From Proteromonas lacertae (lineage: Eukaryota): a DNA stretch of 64,000 bases. Both the position numbers and the translations under genes were made by a program. Under the pieces are notes generated by a model. The model did no database searches, was not told the DNA's origin, and worked only from the letters and a program-made list of their open reading frames with translations. This document shows, one piece after another, positions 48,986 to 62,700 of the stretch; position 1 is the stretch's first letter; each line of letters starts with the position of its first letter. The stretch covers positions 310,001 to 374,000 of the forward strand of contig NGBS01000873.1 in assembly GCA_002245135.1 (NCBI GenBank), read 5' to 3'.

Positions 48986-50347
48986 CTATTGAAATTTATA
49001 TCTCGATAATATTCTGTATTTTTTAAATAAATCACAAGGAGGTTCTTCTATATATGGATGATCTGGTTTAACTATACATTTCTTATGTATTTCTCTTGAT
49101 GTTTTTGGTCGTTTCAATTCAGATAATGGTTTTATTACTGGTTTATATGAAGATCTTCTCATCGAATATCTAAAAGGTGAAACTGGCACAATTGGTTGGA
49201 TATTATTATTATTATTGTTATTATTATTATATTCATCATTGTCTTCTTCTTCTTCCTCCTCCTCTTCTTCTTCATTTATTGGTATTTCATTCTCATATCT
49301 ATCTTCAAATATTGGTTGTTGTTGTTGTTGTTGTGTTTTAATTGGAGAAAACAACTTTGTTTTATTTCGATTCTTATTATTTGATTTCATTTTTCTTCTT
49401 GAAGTTGATGGTATTGTTGTTCCTGGTGGTGGTGTTGGAATAAATTGAGTTGGTATTTTAACATTTATATTGTCATGATTTGTTAGTTCTTTATTAAAAA
49501 AATGTTTAAGAAAAGAATTATATTCATTTTTACTTTTTCTTAAATTGTTATAAAATTCATCGAAATGATCATATATATCATATTCTTCTATTTCCTCTTC
49601 TTCTTCTTCTCTTTTATTTTCTTTTTTGTTCTTCAAAATTGGAGGTTCTTCTTTTCCAAATATTGAAACTGGATCTGGTAGTATTATATTCTTTATTTTT
49701 GGTTGAAATAATTGACTACAGAATTTACAGATATGAGTTTCACCATACATATATCCTCTATTCCATTTTTCTTTTACATAATCTAATCTTAATCCCCATT
49801 CTTCTCTCTTCTTATATATTGCTTTGTAAGTTATCTTATACTATTCATTATATTATATTATTTATTTATTTTATACAGGTAAGTTTACTTTTGAAAATTT
49901 ATATTCACATAATGCACATTTTACTTTATTTGCTACTCTACTATCTATTGGCTGTTTCTTCTTCAATAATTCTTCTTTCTTGTTCTTTGGTAAGAATTTC
50001 TCATTTACTCTTATTGACTTTATTGGATGGTCTGGATCATCTGGAGGTGAAAATACACTTCCATCTAATTGTGGTTTAGCTGGACGAGTTTGTACATTCT
50101 CTACTGATAAAGAATGTTTTGTATCTCCCATCTTCTTCCATGTTGTTGTAACTACTAACTCATGACCACTTGGAGTTTTTGAAAGCATGTAATCTCCTTT
50201 TAAAGGAATAACTGGTAAAGCATTATATTTAATCCTTCTTTCATTTAAACTTTTTGACTTAATAGTTGATAATGGCAGTGTGTATTCATATTCATATTTT
50301 TCATTGTTTCTATCATCTAGTTCTGTTTTATTTTCGTTTCTTTTCAT
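48986..50347 (-). CDS. Hypothetical protein with a split CxxC...CxxC motif and a low-complexity C-terminus
   Basis: KCALCEYKFSKVNLP, one intron, then ITYKAIYKKREEWG...MYGETHICKFCSQLF; E/N/Q runs. Confidence 0.7.
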
Positions 50348-50583
50348 TTTGTTGAAACTAAACGACTATATTTTTTGAATTGCAAAAGAACGATATAATC
50401 AAACTGATTAAGATTTAAGAATAAAAAAATAATTTATGACTGAATATTGATATTAAAAGTGATTAATTTAGTTAAATAATGAATCTACTATATTATTCAA
50501 TAAAACAAAGCATCAAACACAATAAATTCAGAAGAAGTTAAAAATTAAGAAATATAAATAAGAAAAATGAAGGTAAGAAATAA

Positions 50584-51043
50584 CTAATCTGTTAAATCAA
50601 CGTCATCTTCTTCAGCAAGCATTTTTTCAAGCATTTTCTCTCTCATATCTTCAGACATATCACCACCATCAACTCCAATAACTAATTGTCCCTTTCCTTC
50701 CTTAATTGCTTTTGTTTCTGGTGTTTCTGCGTCAATGATAAAATGATTATCACAGTGTGGACAATACTCATCAGCTTCTTCAAATTCTCTAGCAAAGTAA
50801 AGATAGAATCATACAACATATTTTTTCTAAACACCTTCTTACATTTCTTACAAGCAAAAACCTATCACGGATTATTAACAAACAAATACCATTTCAGTAG
50901 TTTTAATTAATGGGTGATCTTGTGATTCTTCATGACACTTTGGGCAATCAAACCATTTTTTACAACATGGAGATCTTATAGAGACCTAATAAAAAATAAA
51001 AACCGAACAATCGTACTTGTGCATTAAGAATATGCTTACACAT
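50584..51043 (-). CDS. CHY-type zinc finger protein (not in the ORF track; three introns)
   Basis: Spliced: MCKHILNAQVSIRSPCCKKWFDCPKCHEESQDHPLIKTTEMVFACKKCKKVFRKNMLEFEEADEYCPHCDNHFIID...DLTD*. Confidence 0.9.
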
Positions 51044-51154
51044 TTCAAAAACAAAAATTCAAAAAACTGAAACTTTATAAAAAATAGAACCGTTTCTTAA
51101 TTAATAAAATTCAAAATTCCTCAAAATCCAACAAATATAAATAAATTAATTCAT

Positions 51155-54100
51155 TTAAATATCAGAACCTCTACCTAAAGCTTCATCAAGAGAAACACTA
51201 TCTTTTGGAAGTCTTCTTTTATCTAATCCATCCAAAACTTCCTTCTTATATCCATTCCATTTCTTCTGAAATTTCAATCTATCATTAATTTCAGTACAGT
51301 TTTCATAAGTTGGTCTATAATACTGTATTAATCTATATATTTTATTTTCTAGATGATTAGACTTAACGATATAATGAATTTGTAACTTATCAATCGACAA
51401 AGTTTCAGCATACATATCTACATAAATAGTAGCTGGCTCAATTCCATTCCAAGGATCAATCACACTAATCTCTCCACAGAAACTAGGTGGTAAAATAATA
51501 CCTGTTTTAATCTGTCTTTTTGAAGCATTTTGATATTTTTCTTGAGTTTTATAATACTCTTGTTTCAAATCATTCAGATTTCTCTTTAATGTCAATTTCT
51601 TATCATCATATTCATATGGATTAGCTTTAAACTGATGTAAAGTATGATGAAATTCATATTTTGTAGATAATTCATGTAAAGCATGATCTTGCTGCTGAAA
51701 TTTATATTCTATTTCACTCAAGTAATCTGGATATATCATTATATCCAAACTACCTTTCAATAATATGTGAAAACAAGTACTTGGCTGTCCTTGAATCAAT
51801 ATTCTTGTTCTTTTCTTATGACATTTCCAGGCGGCTGAACAGGCTAAATATAATAACTGATCTTTATTGAAACATTCTAAAGCATGACATCTTTCTAACC
51901 AAGATACTTTTAAATCAATTTCATCTTGTGCAAATTCTCTAATATATTTATTATAATCTAATTTTGAGATCATTACCACTTGTGTCTCTTCTTTTACTAT
52001 TAAATCTGCATTTCTCTATATACATATATTAATTAAAAAATATATATATATACAGATGTTCCTAATAACAATTCACTATCTCCATAGACATCATTTGCTA
52101 ATAAAACATTAATAACAATATTATTGAAATTAGGTGGAATAACATCAACTCTTCCATTCACTATTATACCAAAATAATCAGGAATTTGACCAGCTCTACA
52201 TATACATTCACCAGTATGGAAAGTCTTAAACACACAATGTTGAGCGATTGTTTCTTGAGCATCTTTAGGCGATTTAGCAATGTAATTTATATTTGATAAA
52301 AATATAACAATATAAGACACTTGTGCGTTTGTTCTATTGTATTCTTTCTTACGAAGTGCTTTGATTAAATCACTTTCTCCTTCGAACAATTGACTATGAA
52401 TACTCACTATTCAAATAATAATAATAATATATAATATTATACCACTTGCATCATATACTTCAATATCTCCTTTCTTCTCTCTTTCTGCTCTTTTCTGTCT
52501 AATCAAATTTTGTACCAACTATATATATATAAACACAAAATATTATATAATAATATATACATCACTCATAGTACAAATTTTCCCTTGTAATTGTTTAGCA
52601 ATATTATAATCAGTCTGAGCTTCAACAAAGAAACCTAATCTTCTATATACTAAAGCTCTATTCTTATAGCAATCAATGTCATCTGGTGAATTCTGTATTG
52701 CTATAGTAAAATCTTCAATACTCTCATTAAATTTACCTACATGTGAATACATAATACCTCGATTATATAAAGCAGCTGCATTATTGGGTTGATATTTTAA
52801 ACAAGTTGTCATATCAGCAATTGCTTCTTCCATTTGTCTCATTTTGAATAATGCCATTGATTTAGCAAAATATAAATTACAAAATATAATTGTAGCAGAT
52901 GGTGTTACTGGATCACCATTTTTGAATTTTGGAACTAATTTTATACCTCTATTATACAGTTGAATTGCTCTTTTTAATTGATTCTTCTTCATTTGTTCAT
53001 ATCCTTTACTTAAATAATCATCAGATGGTGTATCAGCACATCTTCTAAACTCTAATTCTCTTATATCACTTTGTAATAATACTGGCTGATAGTTGGTAAT
53101 TTTATTGAATTTAATTTCTGGATCACCTTTTACAGCTGGAAAATAAGGAGAAACTCCTGGTCTAAGGATTTTACTAACATCTTTTGGATTAATAATTGTA
53201 GCTTGAGCAACAGGAACTTCAATTTTTTCTTTCTTCTTTTTAGTTAATGGAGATTCAGCTAATATTGGTTCTTCATCTACCATTTCTCCTTTATTATCAA
53301 TTGGCATGAATGTGAATTTACTACCCTGTTCTCCTCGTTTATCTGGAGTTAATATAGCTGATGGATTAGCAGTGGAACATCTTGAAAGTCTTCTCAATGG
53401 AACATTATTGGGTGAAGCAATAAAAGAGGATTGATGTGTCAAGCTTGGTGTAGAATATGGCCTTGGTCCTTCACTAAGTGAAGATTTTCTACCAGTACTT
53501 TGCTCTTCAGGTATTATTGATGTTCTGTAGATTTTAGATACACGATTTTCAACATATTTTTTATTTATATCGTCTAATCTATGGTTATTTACATCTACAT
53601 CTGCTCTTAATAATTCTTCTTGATATTCTATTACTTCATCATCTCCTAAATGACTCTAGTTTATAATAATAATAATAATTATTATTATATATATATACTC
53701 TTGCTATATTATAATCAACAGACATTACAGATGTATAAACTTTACCAGAAATATGATTTAATTTAATAATTTCTTCTATTTTTTTAATCACTGGTGAATT
53801 TAAACCAATTGGTTTTATTACATATCCTGTAACTCCCATTTTAAGACAATCTTGGATTATACTATATGTATATATATATTATTATATACTCCTGTTGTAA
53901 ATCAAATTTATCTTTATCAATTGTGACTATAACTGGAACTCTTATTGGAATTGTATCATTTTTATCCATATATAACTGCCCCATTTCTTTAGACATTGTT
54001 GAATTAATACATTGCAACAATTTTTGACCATTTGTAATATTTGAAAAAATAGGAATAACTAAATCACAGATAATTAATTCCATTGTATTGTCTTTGAGGT

Positions 54101-54424
54101 AATCAATAATTGATTTTACATCTGCAAATTCTTTAGTCTTATAGCCATCAGCAGATAAAACATGACTCAACGATAAACGACTAAGAAACTAAAATAAAAA
54201 TCATACGTTCCAACATCATGTTCTAATAATCCAATAACTTGTTCATAATTCTTTTTTATTACAATCTGCCTTGGTCTATTATTCGCTAACTTCTTAATTC
54301 TCTCTTTTTCTGCTTGCATGGCTATTTTCTTCTCTTTTTTTGCTCTAAATTTTCTTACTTTACGCAAAAGAAGGTTTTTTACCTTCGGTATAGCTGCTTC
54401 TAATTCTAATATATCAAAATCCAT
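51155..54424 (-). CDS. Response-regulator receiver + TPR + two cyclic-nucleotide-binding domains
   Basis: LLEHD...ELIICDL...VPVIV...MGVTGYVIKPI (REC); TPRs (AALYNRGIMYSHVGKFNESIEDF); CNB motifs GECICRAGQ...GIIVNGRV...YGDSELL...RNAD and ILIQGQ...ILLKGSL...CGEISV. The checked introns are frame-consistent. Confidence 0.8.
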
Positions 54425-54587
54425 ATTAACGACAAAACAACGAAACGGGTATAATTTTTTTAAATATCATTCTATTCATTCTCTTTAGCAGCCAACAAAT
54501 AATGAAAAATTCACTTTTAATTATATTAAAGTAATTATGCTAAATATTTTTCCATTAAAAGAGAAGATAGAAAAATAGAGATTCTAT

Positions 54588-55500
54588 TTAGCTTTCAGCT
54601 GCAGGAGGAGAAAATCTAGGAGGAAGTTCATCAGTAGAAGAAGGAAGTGCTACATTATCAGGAGGTTCGAATCTACAAGGCGGAGGAATAGCATCTTTCT
54701 TTTGAGCTTTAGGAGGTGAAAAATTACCAGCAGTAACTTCAGTCAGAGTCTCTGTCTTATTTTTATTATCATTGAGTTTAACAGGAGGAATAAATCCACC
54801 AGGATAGCAGTTAGGAACAGGAAGTGGCATTGGTTTTTTCTCAAGTCCCTCTGCACCAATAGCACCAGGCATAGGAGCAGTGGATGCAGGTGTAGTTATC
54901 GATCTTCTTTTAGGTTTTGTTAAAGACGGTTCTGTTAATAGATTACCAGTATTTCTAAGGGAAGTTCTACCACCATTTGAACCTTGTGATCCTCTTGATA
55001 GTTTTGAACCTGATTTAGTAGTGTTTTTAGATAATGGTTCTTCCCTTGGTTTATAAGCCACTAATGGTTCAATTTCTATTTCTATTTCACCTGCTGGTTT
55101 TTTAGATTTACTTATAAATCCAGATTCGTGTGATATAGGCAACCAAATTCGATTGAGATATCCTCTATTTTGAAACAATTGCGCAATAGCTATTCCAACC
55201 ATTCCAATCATTGATCTAGAAGATATTTTTTTATCATAACTATTTAAAAATAAAAGATTTGGACATACACTTCAATGAATATATTTTTAGTATTTCCATC
55301 AACAGTAATCTCCACTAAATCATCCCATTCTATTTCATTTTAAAATCATAATCAATACTTGCTTCTTTTCCAGTATTTTCACTAACAGAGGTTTGAAACT
55401 TCCTTTCACCCACTGTAATTACAGCCACTGGCGACTGATTTCCAAAAGTTTGTACCTTTCTCAGGTTTCTTGCTTGATACACATATAAATTTAAATTCAT
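54588..55500 (-). CDS. C2-domain protein with a Pro-rich C-terminus
   Basis: Spliced N-terminus MNLNLYVYQARNLRKVQTFGNQSPVAVITVG...WDDLVEI...IFIEVYDK...MIGMVGIAI...W.PI...AGEIEIEI; two introns. Confidence 0.85.
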
Positions 55501-55564
55501 TCAAAACTAAAATGAAAAAGACAAGCTTTATATCAAGCTAACATTAAATCAGTTTTAACTTAAT

Positions 55565-56462
55565 ATGAGTGAAGTGGAGCCGATAATAAAGAGAATTCTT
55601 GAATTGCAAGAAGTCTATACTGTAGACCTTGAAGACCCACAGGTTAAAAAAGAAGCTCGATCAAATTTCTTTAGAATGAAGAAGAAGGTGAAATCTGAGA
55701 TTGACGAAACTCGAGAAGTAAAATATATTGTTTTATTGAATAGTTAATAACCAAAAGAAATGCACTAATAGAAGCAGGAAGTAATCGTAGACTTGTAATT
55801 GAGATGAACTCCTCAATTCGATATGAATTGAATCAGGTTTTAGCTGACTTTAATAGTTTAGGTGAATTAATAGAACAAGAAAATAAAAGTAGAAGAGTAT
55901 TTTATATTCGATTATAACTATTTAATATAAATAGTCTAAATTAACTCCAGATGAAAAGCAATTTCGAACTAAAGTAATAACAGAACTTCTCAAAGAAATA
56001 ATGGAAATTAAAAAAGATGCAGAAGAAAAAGTGATGAATGATGATGATGATTTTGTATGTAAAAATGACGATATCCAAACTATACCAGAAGATGGGAAAA
56101 TTCCATCAACAGCTGGAGGTGAAGCTGAAAATCCAGAATTAACAGAAGATCAGAAACAAGCTTTAGCACAAATACAGCAAAATGACAAAGAGATTGATGA
56201 TATGATTAATATAATAGGAGATGGTTTGGATACTCTCAAAGATATAGCCACAAATATGGGAGATGAGTTGAAGAAACAGGAACAGAAGATTAACGATATA
56301 GATAAAAATATGGACACACAACAAGCAAAATTAGATAAGAATAACAAAGAATTGAACAGGCTAATAGATGAAGCTAAAAAAGAAGATCACTTTTGTAGAT
56401 ATCTTGTGATGATCGTCTTAATTGTCGCTGTTGGACTGACTTTGTATAATATGTTAACATAA
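55565..56462 (+). CDS. Qc-SNARE (SYP7/syntaxin-6/8-like), tail-anchored
   Basis: Helical N-terminus, SNARE motif NDKEIDDMINIIGDGLDTLKDIATNMGDELKKQEQKINDID and a C-terminal TM YLVMIVLIVAVGLTLYNML; two introns. Confidence 0.85.
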
Positions 56463-56771
56463 ATCCTTTATACTTTTATGATGTTTTTTGCTGCATCGGG
56501 TTTAAATGTGTTTTTAATAAGAGATCTCAGCTGCAATCATGTGAGCGCATATTTTAGAGATAATACTCAATCAGATCAATATCTGACGTGTATAACCAAA
56601 TGTAATTGGGGAAATAGGTTTGACACTCAAGCCTAAATACGAGCCAAGCCAACCAATCATATTGCGTAAATAAAAAATAAAGAAAGCTCATTTGTTAGTT
56701 CACGATCAGAGTCAAACCTCGAAACCGCCTTTTTTTTTGTGTTTTTTAATTGTTTATAGAAAAGTAATTTA

Positions 56772-57703
56772 ATGGAAACTATACCATTTATGTCGTTAGA
56801 TAATTCGCTAAGTCAAAATGTATGGAGTAGAATTTATATGTTTTAGGAATTACAGAAAATGAGTCAATATGAACAGCCAACTAAACAAAAACACCACACA
56901 AAAACTTTTGCTGATCACATCGGTATACCAACAAACACTATACTGTAGGCCGTTGGACAAAAGAGGAACATGATCTTTTTCTTGAGGGTTTAGATAAGTA
57001 CGGCAAAGATTGGAAAATGATTTCTACTTTAGTTAAAACTAGAACTGTTGTACAAGTCCGTACTCATGCTCAAAAGTATTTTCAGAAATTATCAAAACAG
57101 AACATTACATTTGACATTGATTCTATGCCTATGCAGTACCCTATACAATTCAATTATCAGCCGCAATATTATAATCCTAACCAATGCGTTACACTAAAAC
57201 ATTTGCCTTTAATTGGTCCAAAACCTCAATACATGTCCAATACATCTACTAATGAGAATACTTCCATTCAACAAAGTCCTATTTCGTTGTGTAATCCTAA
57301 TTTATATTCAGATTCCTCGTATTATTTAAACATTCCACCTTGTCCTCAGAATAGTTGTATTACCACTACTACTACTACTAATAATAATAATATTGATAAT
57401 ACCAACACTACCAACTGTGATAATTACGCTTTGCCGCAGTATAATATTTATCAACAACAACAAGATTTGTTACAACAACAGCAATTGCAGCAGCATCAAC
57501 AACAACAACAACAACAGATGCAACTACCTTTATTGTCTTCTCAATCGTCCTTATTACAAACTCCTTCGTTTATACATGACTCACCAAGAGAATCATCATT
57601 TTCACAAGATTTTTTAAATCAAAACACGTGGTATGATGAGTTCAATGATGATTACAGTGATATTTTTTCGTCCTGTCCAGGATACCATTCTATGGATATA
57701 TAA
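56772..57703 (+). CDS. Single-repeat Myb transcription factor, SHAQKYF class, with a Q-rich tail
   Basis: After 27- and 26-nt introns: [49 protein letters not shown]. Confidence 0.92.
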
Positions 57704-57880
57704 ATGTTTATCTTATCTAATATATATACTATTTTTTTCAACATTTTTCAACTAAACTGTGTTGCTGTTGGTTTTGAGAAATAATAAAAAAAATGACGAG
57801 TTTGTGTGAGGCTAATTGTGAATGACATTTTTATTAAAACACTTCATAGATTTGTTTTTTTGCATTTTTACTAATTTCTA

Positions 57881-59700
57881 ATGAGTGATAAAGTAGAACA
57901 AGCTCCAGAAGTTCCAGTTGAAGGAGGTATTGCAAAATTTTGCTTATTTTATCATTAGGTGAAACTTTGAGTAAAAATGAACTTAAAAGAAGAAAGAAGG
58001 CTGAAGAAGCTGCAAAAAAGAAAGCTGAAAAGGAAGCAGCTAAAGCTGCTAAAAAAGCTGAAGATGGAGAAGGTAAAGGTAAAGGAGCATCTTTAGATAA
58101 AGATACTGAAGAAACTGATCCATGGAAATATCATGAAAATCGTTCAAAGGTTGTATTTGCTGATGAAAAAGCATATTATCCTCACAAATTTCAAGTTTCT
58201 CTTAGAATCCCAGAATATGTCGAGAAATACAAGGATTTGGAAAATGACCAATTATTGACGGACCAATCTGTAAGTATTGCAGGAAGAGTATACAGTAAAC
58301 GTTCAAGTGGAAGTAAATTAGTATTTTACGATTGTCATGGAGAAGGATCAAAAGTACAAGTTATGTGTAACTTAATGTACTACACTCCATCCGAAGGAAG
58401 TTCAGAGGAAGAAAAAACTCAACAATTCATCACATGCAACAACAAGATCAAGAGAGGTGATATTATTGGTGTAGTAGGATTCCCAGGCAAGACAAAGAGA
58501 GGTGAATTATCCATTTTCGCACATACAATACAAATATTATCACCCTGTTTATACATGATGCCAGATGCAAGAATTGGATTGAAGGATCAAGAAACAAGAT
58601 ACAGACAAAGATACTTAGATTTAATGATTAGAGATAAAACTAGAACAATATTCAACACAAGAGCTAATATAATCCGTTCAATTCGTAAATATTTAGATAA
58701 TTTAGGATTCTTAGAAGTTGAAACTCCTATGATGAATATGAAAGCAGGTGGAGCAACAGCCAAGCCATTTGTAACTCATCACAATGATTTAAATATGGAA
58801 TTATTCATGAGAATAGCTCCTGAATTATATTTGAAACAGTTAGTAGTAGGTGGACTAGATAGAGTTTATGAGATTGGTCGACAATTTAGAAACGAAGGTA
58901 TTGATTTAACTCACAATCCAGAATTTACCACTTGTGAATTTTACATGGCTTATGCTGATTATAATGATTTAATGAATATGACTGAAGATATGATCAGTAA
59001 AATGGTTAAAGAAGTAACAGGTAGTTATATAATCGAATATCACAGTAATGGGATGGAAAATGAACCTGTAAAGATTGATTTTACTCCACCATGGAAGAGA
59101 TATTCAATGGTTTCAAGCGTAGAAGAATTTGGAGGATTTACCATTCCTAAACCATTAGAAAGTGATGAGTGTCATAATTTCTTACTTAAGAAATGTGAAG
59201 AGTTACAAGTCGACTGTCCAGACCCTAAAACAACAGCTAGATTATTAGATAAATTGGTAGAACATTTTATTGAACCAAAATGTACAAATCCTTCATTTAT
59301 TTGTGATCATCCTGAGATTTGCTCACCATTAGCTAAATTCCACAGAAGTATTCCAGGATTAACTGAAAGATTTGAATTATTTGTGAATTGTTTTGAATTA
59401 ATAAATGCTTATACTGAATTGAATGATCCAAAAGTTCAAAGAGAAAGATTTATGGGTCAAATGAAAGATAAAAGTGCTGGAGATGATGAAGCTCAGCCTT
59501 ATGATGAAGATTTCTGTGTAGCCTTAGAATATGGTTTACCACCAACTGGTGGTTGGGGATTAGGTGTAGATAGATTGACAATGTTACTAACAGATAGTAA
59601 TAATATTAAGGAAGTATTGTTATTCCCAGCAATGAAACCACAAGAATTACCAACTGCTCCTACTAATACTGAATCAACTCCATTACCTTCTAGTAGTTAA
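57881..59700 (+). CDS. KARS: Lysyl-tRNA synthetase, class II, cytosolic
   Basis: [57 protein letters not shown] and [22 protein letters not shown] 57881, one intron. Confidence 0.98.
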
Positions 59701-59780
59701 AAGAAATTGATTTTTTTTATTGAATTACATTTTTGTGTGTTTTGTTGGTATATATATATATATAATATAATAATTAATAA

Positions 59781-62700
59781 TTATTCTATGTTAAATAATT
59801 CTTTTGATAATTCTTTCTTTTTTTCATCTGATAGTCCATCTAGTTTTATTTTTTCAATTGATGAAAATGTTTCTAAAAATGATTTTAATTCTGATTTATC
59901 TATATTCTCTTTCACTGTTATTGATAATTCACTTAAACAATCAAATACCGCTTCATTCTCTTTCATTAATCTTAATTCACTTTCATCTAATTCATTTCCT
60001 GATATATTTATCTTTTCTAATAGTTTATAATCTTTTAATCTTTCTATTATCATTTTCAATCCTTTTTCACTCATTACAATATCTATTCAAATAGATAATA
60101 TTCATATAATATTGGACAATTTCAAAGATGGTGGATATTCAACGAATTTATCTAAATATTTACACATTATCTCTATTCCTTCATCTCCAATTGGATTATT
60201 GTATATTAGAATATAATCAACATATTCTGCCTCTATAATGATTAATTCCCTTAAACAATGAAATATGAGAATTGTTGAGATTTAAATCTATTTCATTAGA
60301 AATTTGATATTATACTTGAAAAATTATAAATATCTTTTTTCTTTTTAATACAATAATCCAAATAATATTCCAATTCTTCATTTGTCCATGATAAATTCTT
60401 CATTTCAATTATTGGATATTCTTCTTTTTCTAATGACTTTTCACATATTGATTTCAATCCATTCATTCCAATATTATTTCCATTTAGATAGATTGTAGAA
60501 CATATTATCTTATTAATTCTATCTGCTAATAACTTTGCACTTTCATCATCTATTGAGATGTTACTCAAATACATTTCATTATATTCACATAACATGTTAA
60601 AATTGTTTTGTAATAGTTTAAATCCATTATTACCAATTGGATTATCTATTGAGCATATTACATGCTGATATAAATATACTATGTATGATTAACTTTTCAA
60701 CATTATCATTCTCTTTTACAAAACTCATCAAATACTCTATTCCATGTGAATCTATATTATTACCACTTACATCAAGTTGAATCTTTTCATCGATATTCTT
60801 TAAACCATCTATTAAATATTTTAAACCACTTGAAGATAATCCCATTTCTATTACATATAATATTATAACAACAATACTTGAACAATTTATTCTTTTATAA
60901 ATATTTTTTAATAAATCTAAATGAGGAGATAATATTTTCATTCCTTCATCTCCTATTTCATTGCCATACAACTGAAGATGTTTAAGGTTAGGAAATGAAG
61001 ATAAATTGTTTATCAGTATTTCCATACTTTTATATGTTAGTTTATTATCTAATTAATAGAAAAATATTAAAATATACAACTCAAATCTAACTGTTTTATC
61101 TTCTCAAATTCATTTGATCTTAATGAAATGAATGATTTGAATAAATCATCATCAATTTCTGAATAACTCAGATTTAATTGATTATAATCTTTAATAAATT
61201 CTATTAATTCTGGAATATCTTTATCAACCAACAATTCTTTACATTCATTAAAATCAAATTCGATTTTTGAAATAGGAAATTTAGAGAATAAGGCTTTTAA
61301 TCCTCTTGAATGAATATTGTTTGATGTAATATATATTCTTAGGATATTTGGATATTTATATAACTCTTTTGATAATAATATCATCGATTCATCATTTAAA
61401 TACATTTTATAAAAATTCAATTTGTTGTTTTTGTTGATAAATAAATGCAAATATGGAAGTAACAATTTGAATCCTTTTGGACCAATTGGATTACCTATTT
61501 CAAAATAGAATGAAAATAGAATAATATATACATATTAAATCTAAATATTTCAGTTTCATCAATGGAATTGATTTAACAAATGATTCAATGAATTCAGAAG
61601 TAAGATTACAAGAAGATAAATCTAATTCTTGTAGATTTGTTAATTGAGAAAATAATAATCCAAATAATGATTGATATCGGATTGGAATACAAACACAATC
61701 ATCATATCCATTATCTAAGTATATTATTAATACAATAATTATACTAAATGATAGCTGTGTTGGATCGATTAGTTTCAATATTCTAAACAGAAAATTAATT
61801 CCTTCATCACATAAACATATACTGTATGAATAAATTGTAATTAATTCTTCATAATAATCAATATTACATATCAATTCATCTAAATAACATTCTCTTCTAT
61901 CTTTACACTGGTGATGAATTAATTTTAGTTTTTCTTTTATTGATTCATCATGTTTGTATAATTTCATCATCAATAATATTGCCAATATTCTTTCATTTGG
62001 TTTATTATTATAAGATTTTATTAATAAATTTCGAATTTCTTTCCATTTATTATTGTGAAGATAAAATATTGATTGAAAATTAAATGGTGATATTTCTATC
62101 ATAAAATCACAACTAAATAACATTTCTTTTCTTTCTCTACATATCATCAAATTGTCTTCATCTTTCAATATTTCACTCATTTTCATCATTTCTTTTTTCA
62201 ACTCTTTCAAACTCATTCTATCTTCATTTCTCATTTTCAACATTCTGAATATCATCTCTTTCATCATCAATTCATCACATTCTACATCTAAACTGTATTT
62301 ACATTTCATGATATTTTCTATGGTTTTATTCACATTATTATCTTCATTGAATGGTAATTTCTTACAAATCATCTCATATAATACACAACCTATTGACCAT
62401 ATCACACTTCCATCATTACATTCATATCCATTCAACTCTTCTGGACTTTTGAAGCAAATATCATACACTCTCATATTCTCTTCTCTTCTCAATGTGTTTA
62501 AGTATAAATCACATAAATTAACTTCACCATCTCTTTCATATATCACATTACTACTCTTCAAATTACCAATCATTATATCATTTTCACTCAATATCATCAG
62601 ATTATCACATATTGAACATATAACTCTATTTACATCACTATTCTCAACAGAGTTACTCTCAAGTAGCTCTTCTAAATCTCTTGAATAATATGATCGTGAT

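Noticed and set aside
60083..60112. AT-AG intron as a second minor-class intron
   Set aside because: It lacks the ATATCC/TT donor and a branch point, the paralog has GT at the same position, and it lies downstream of a frameshift.
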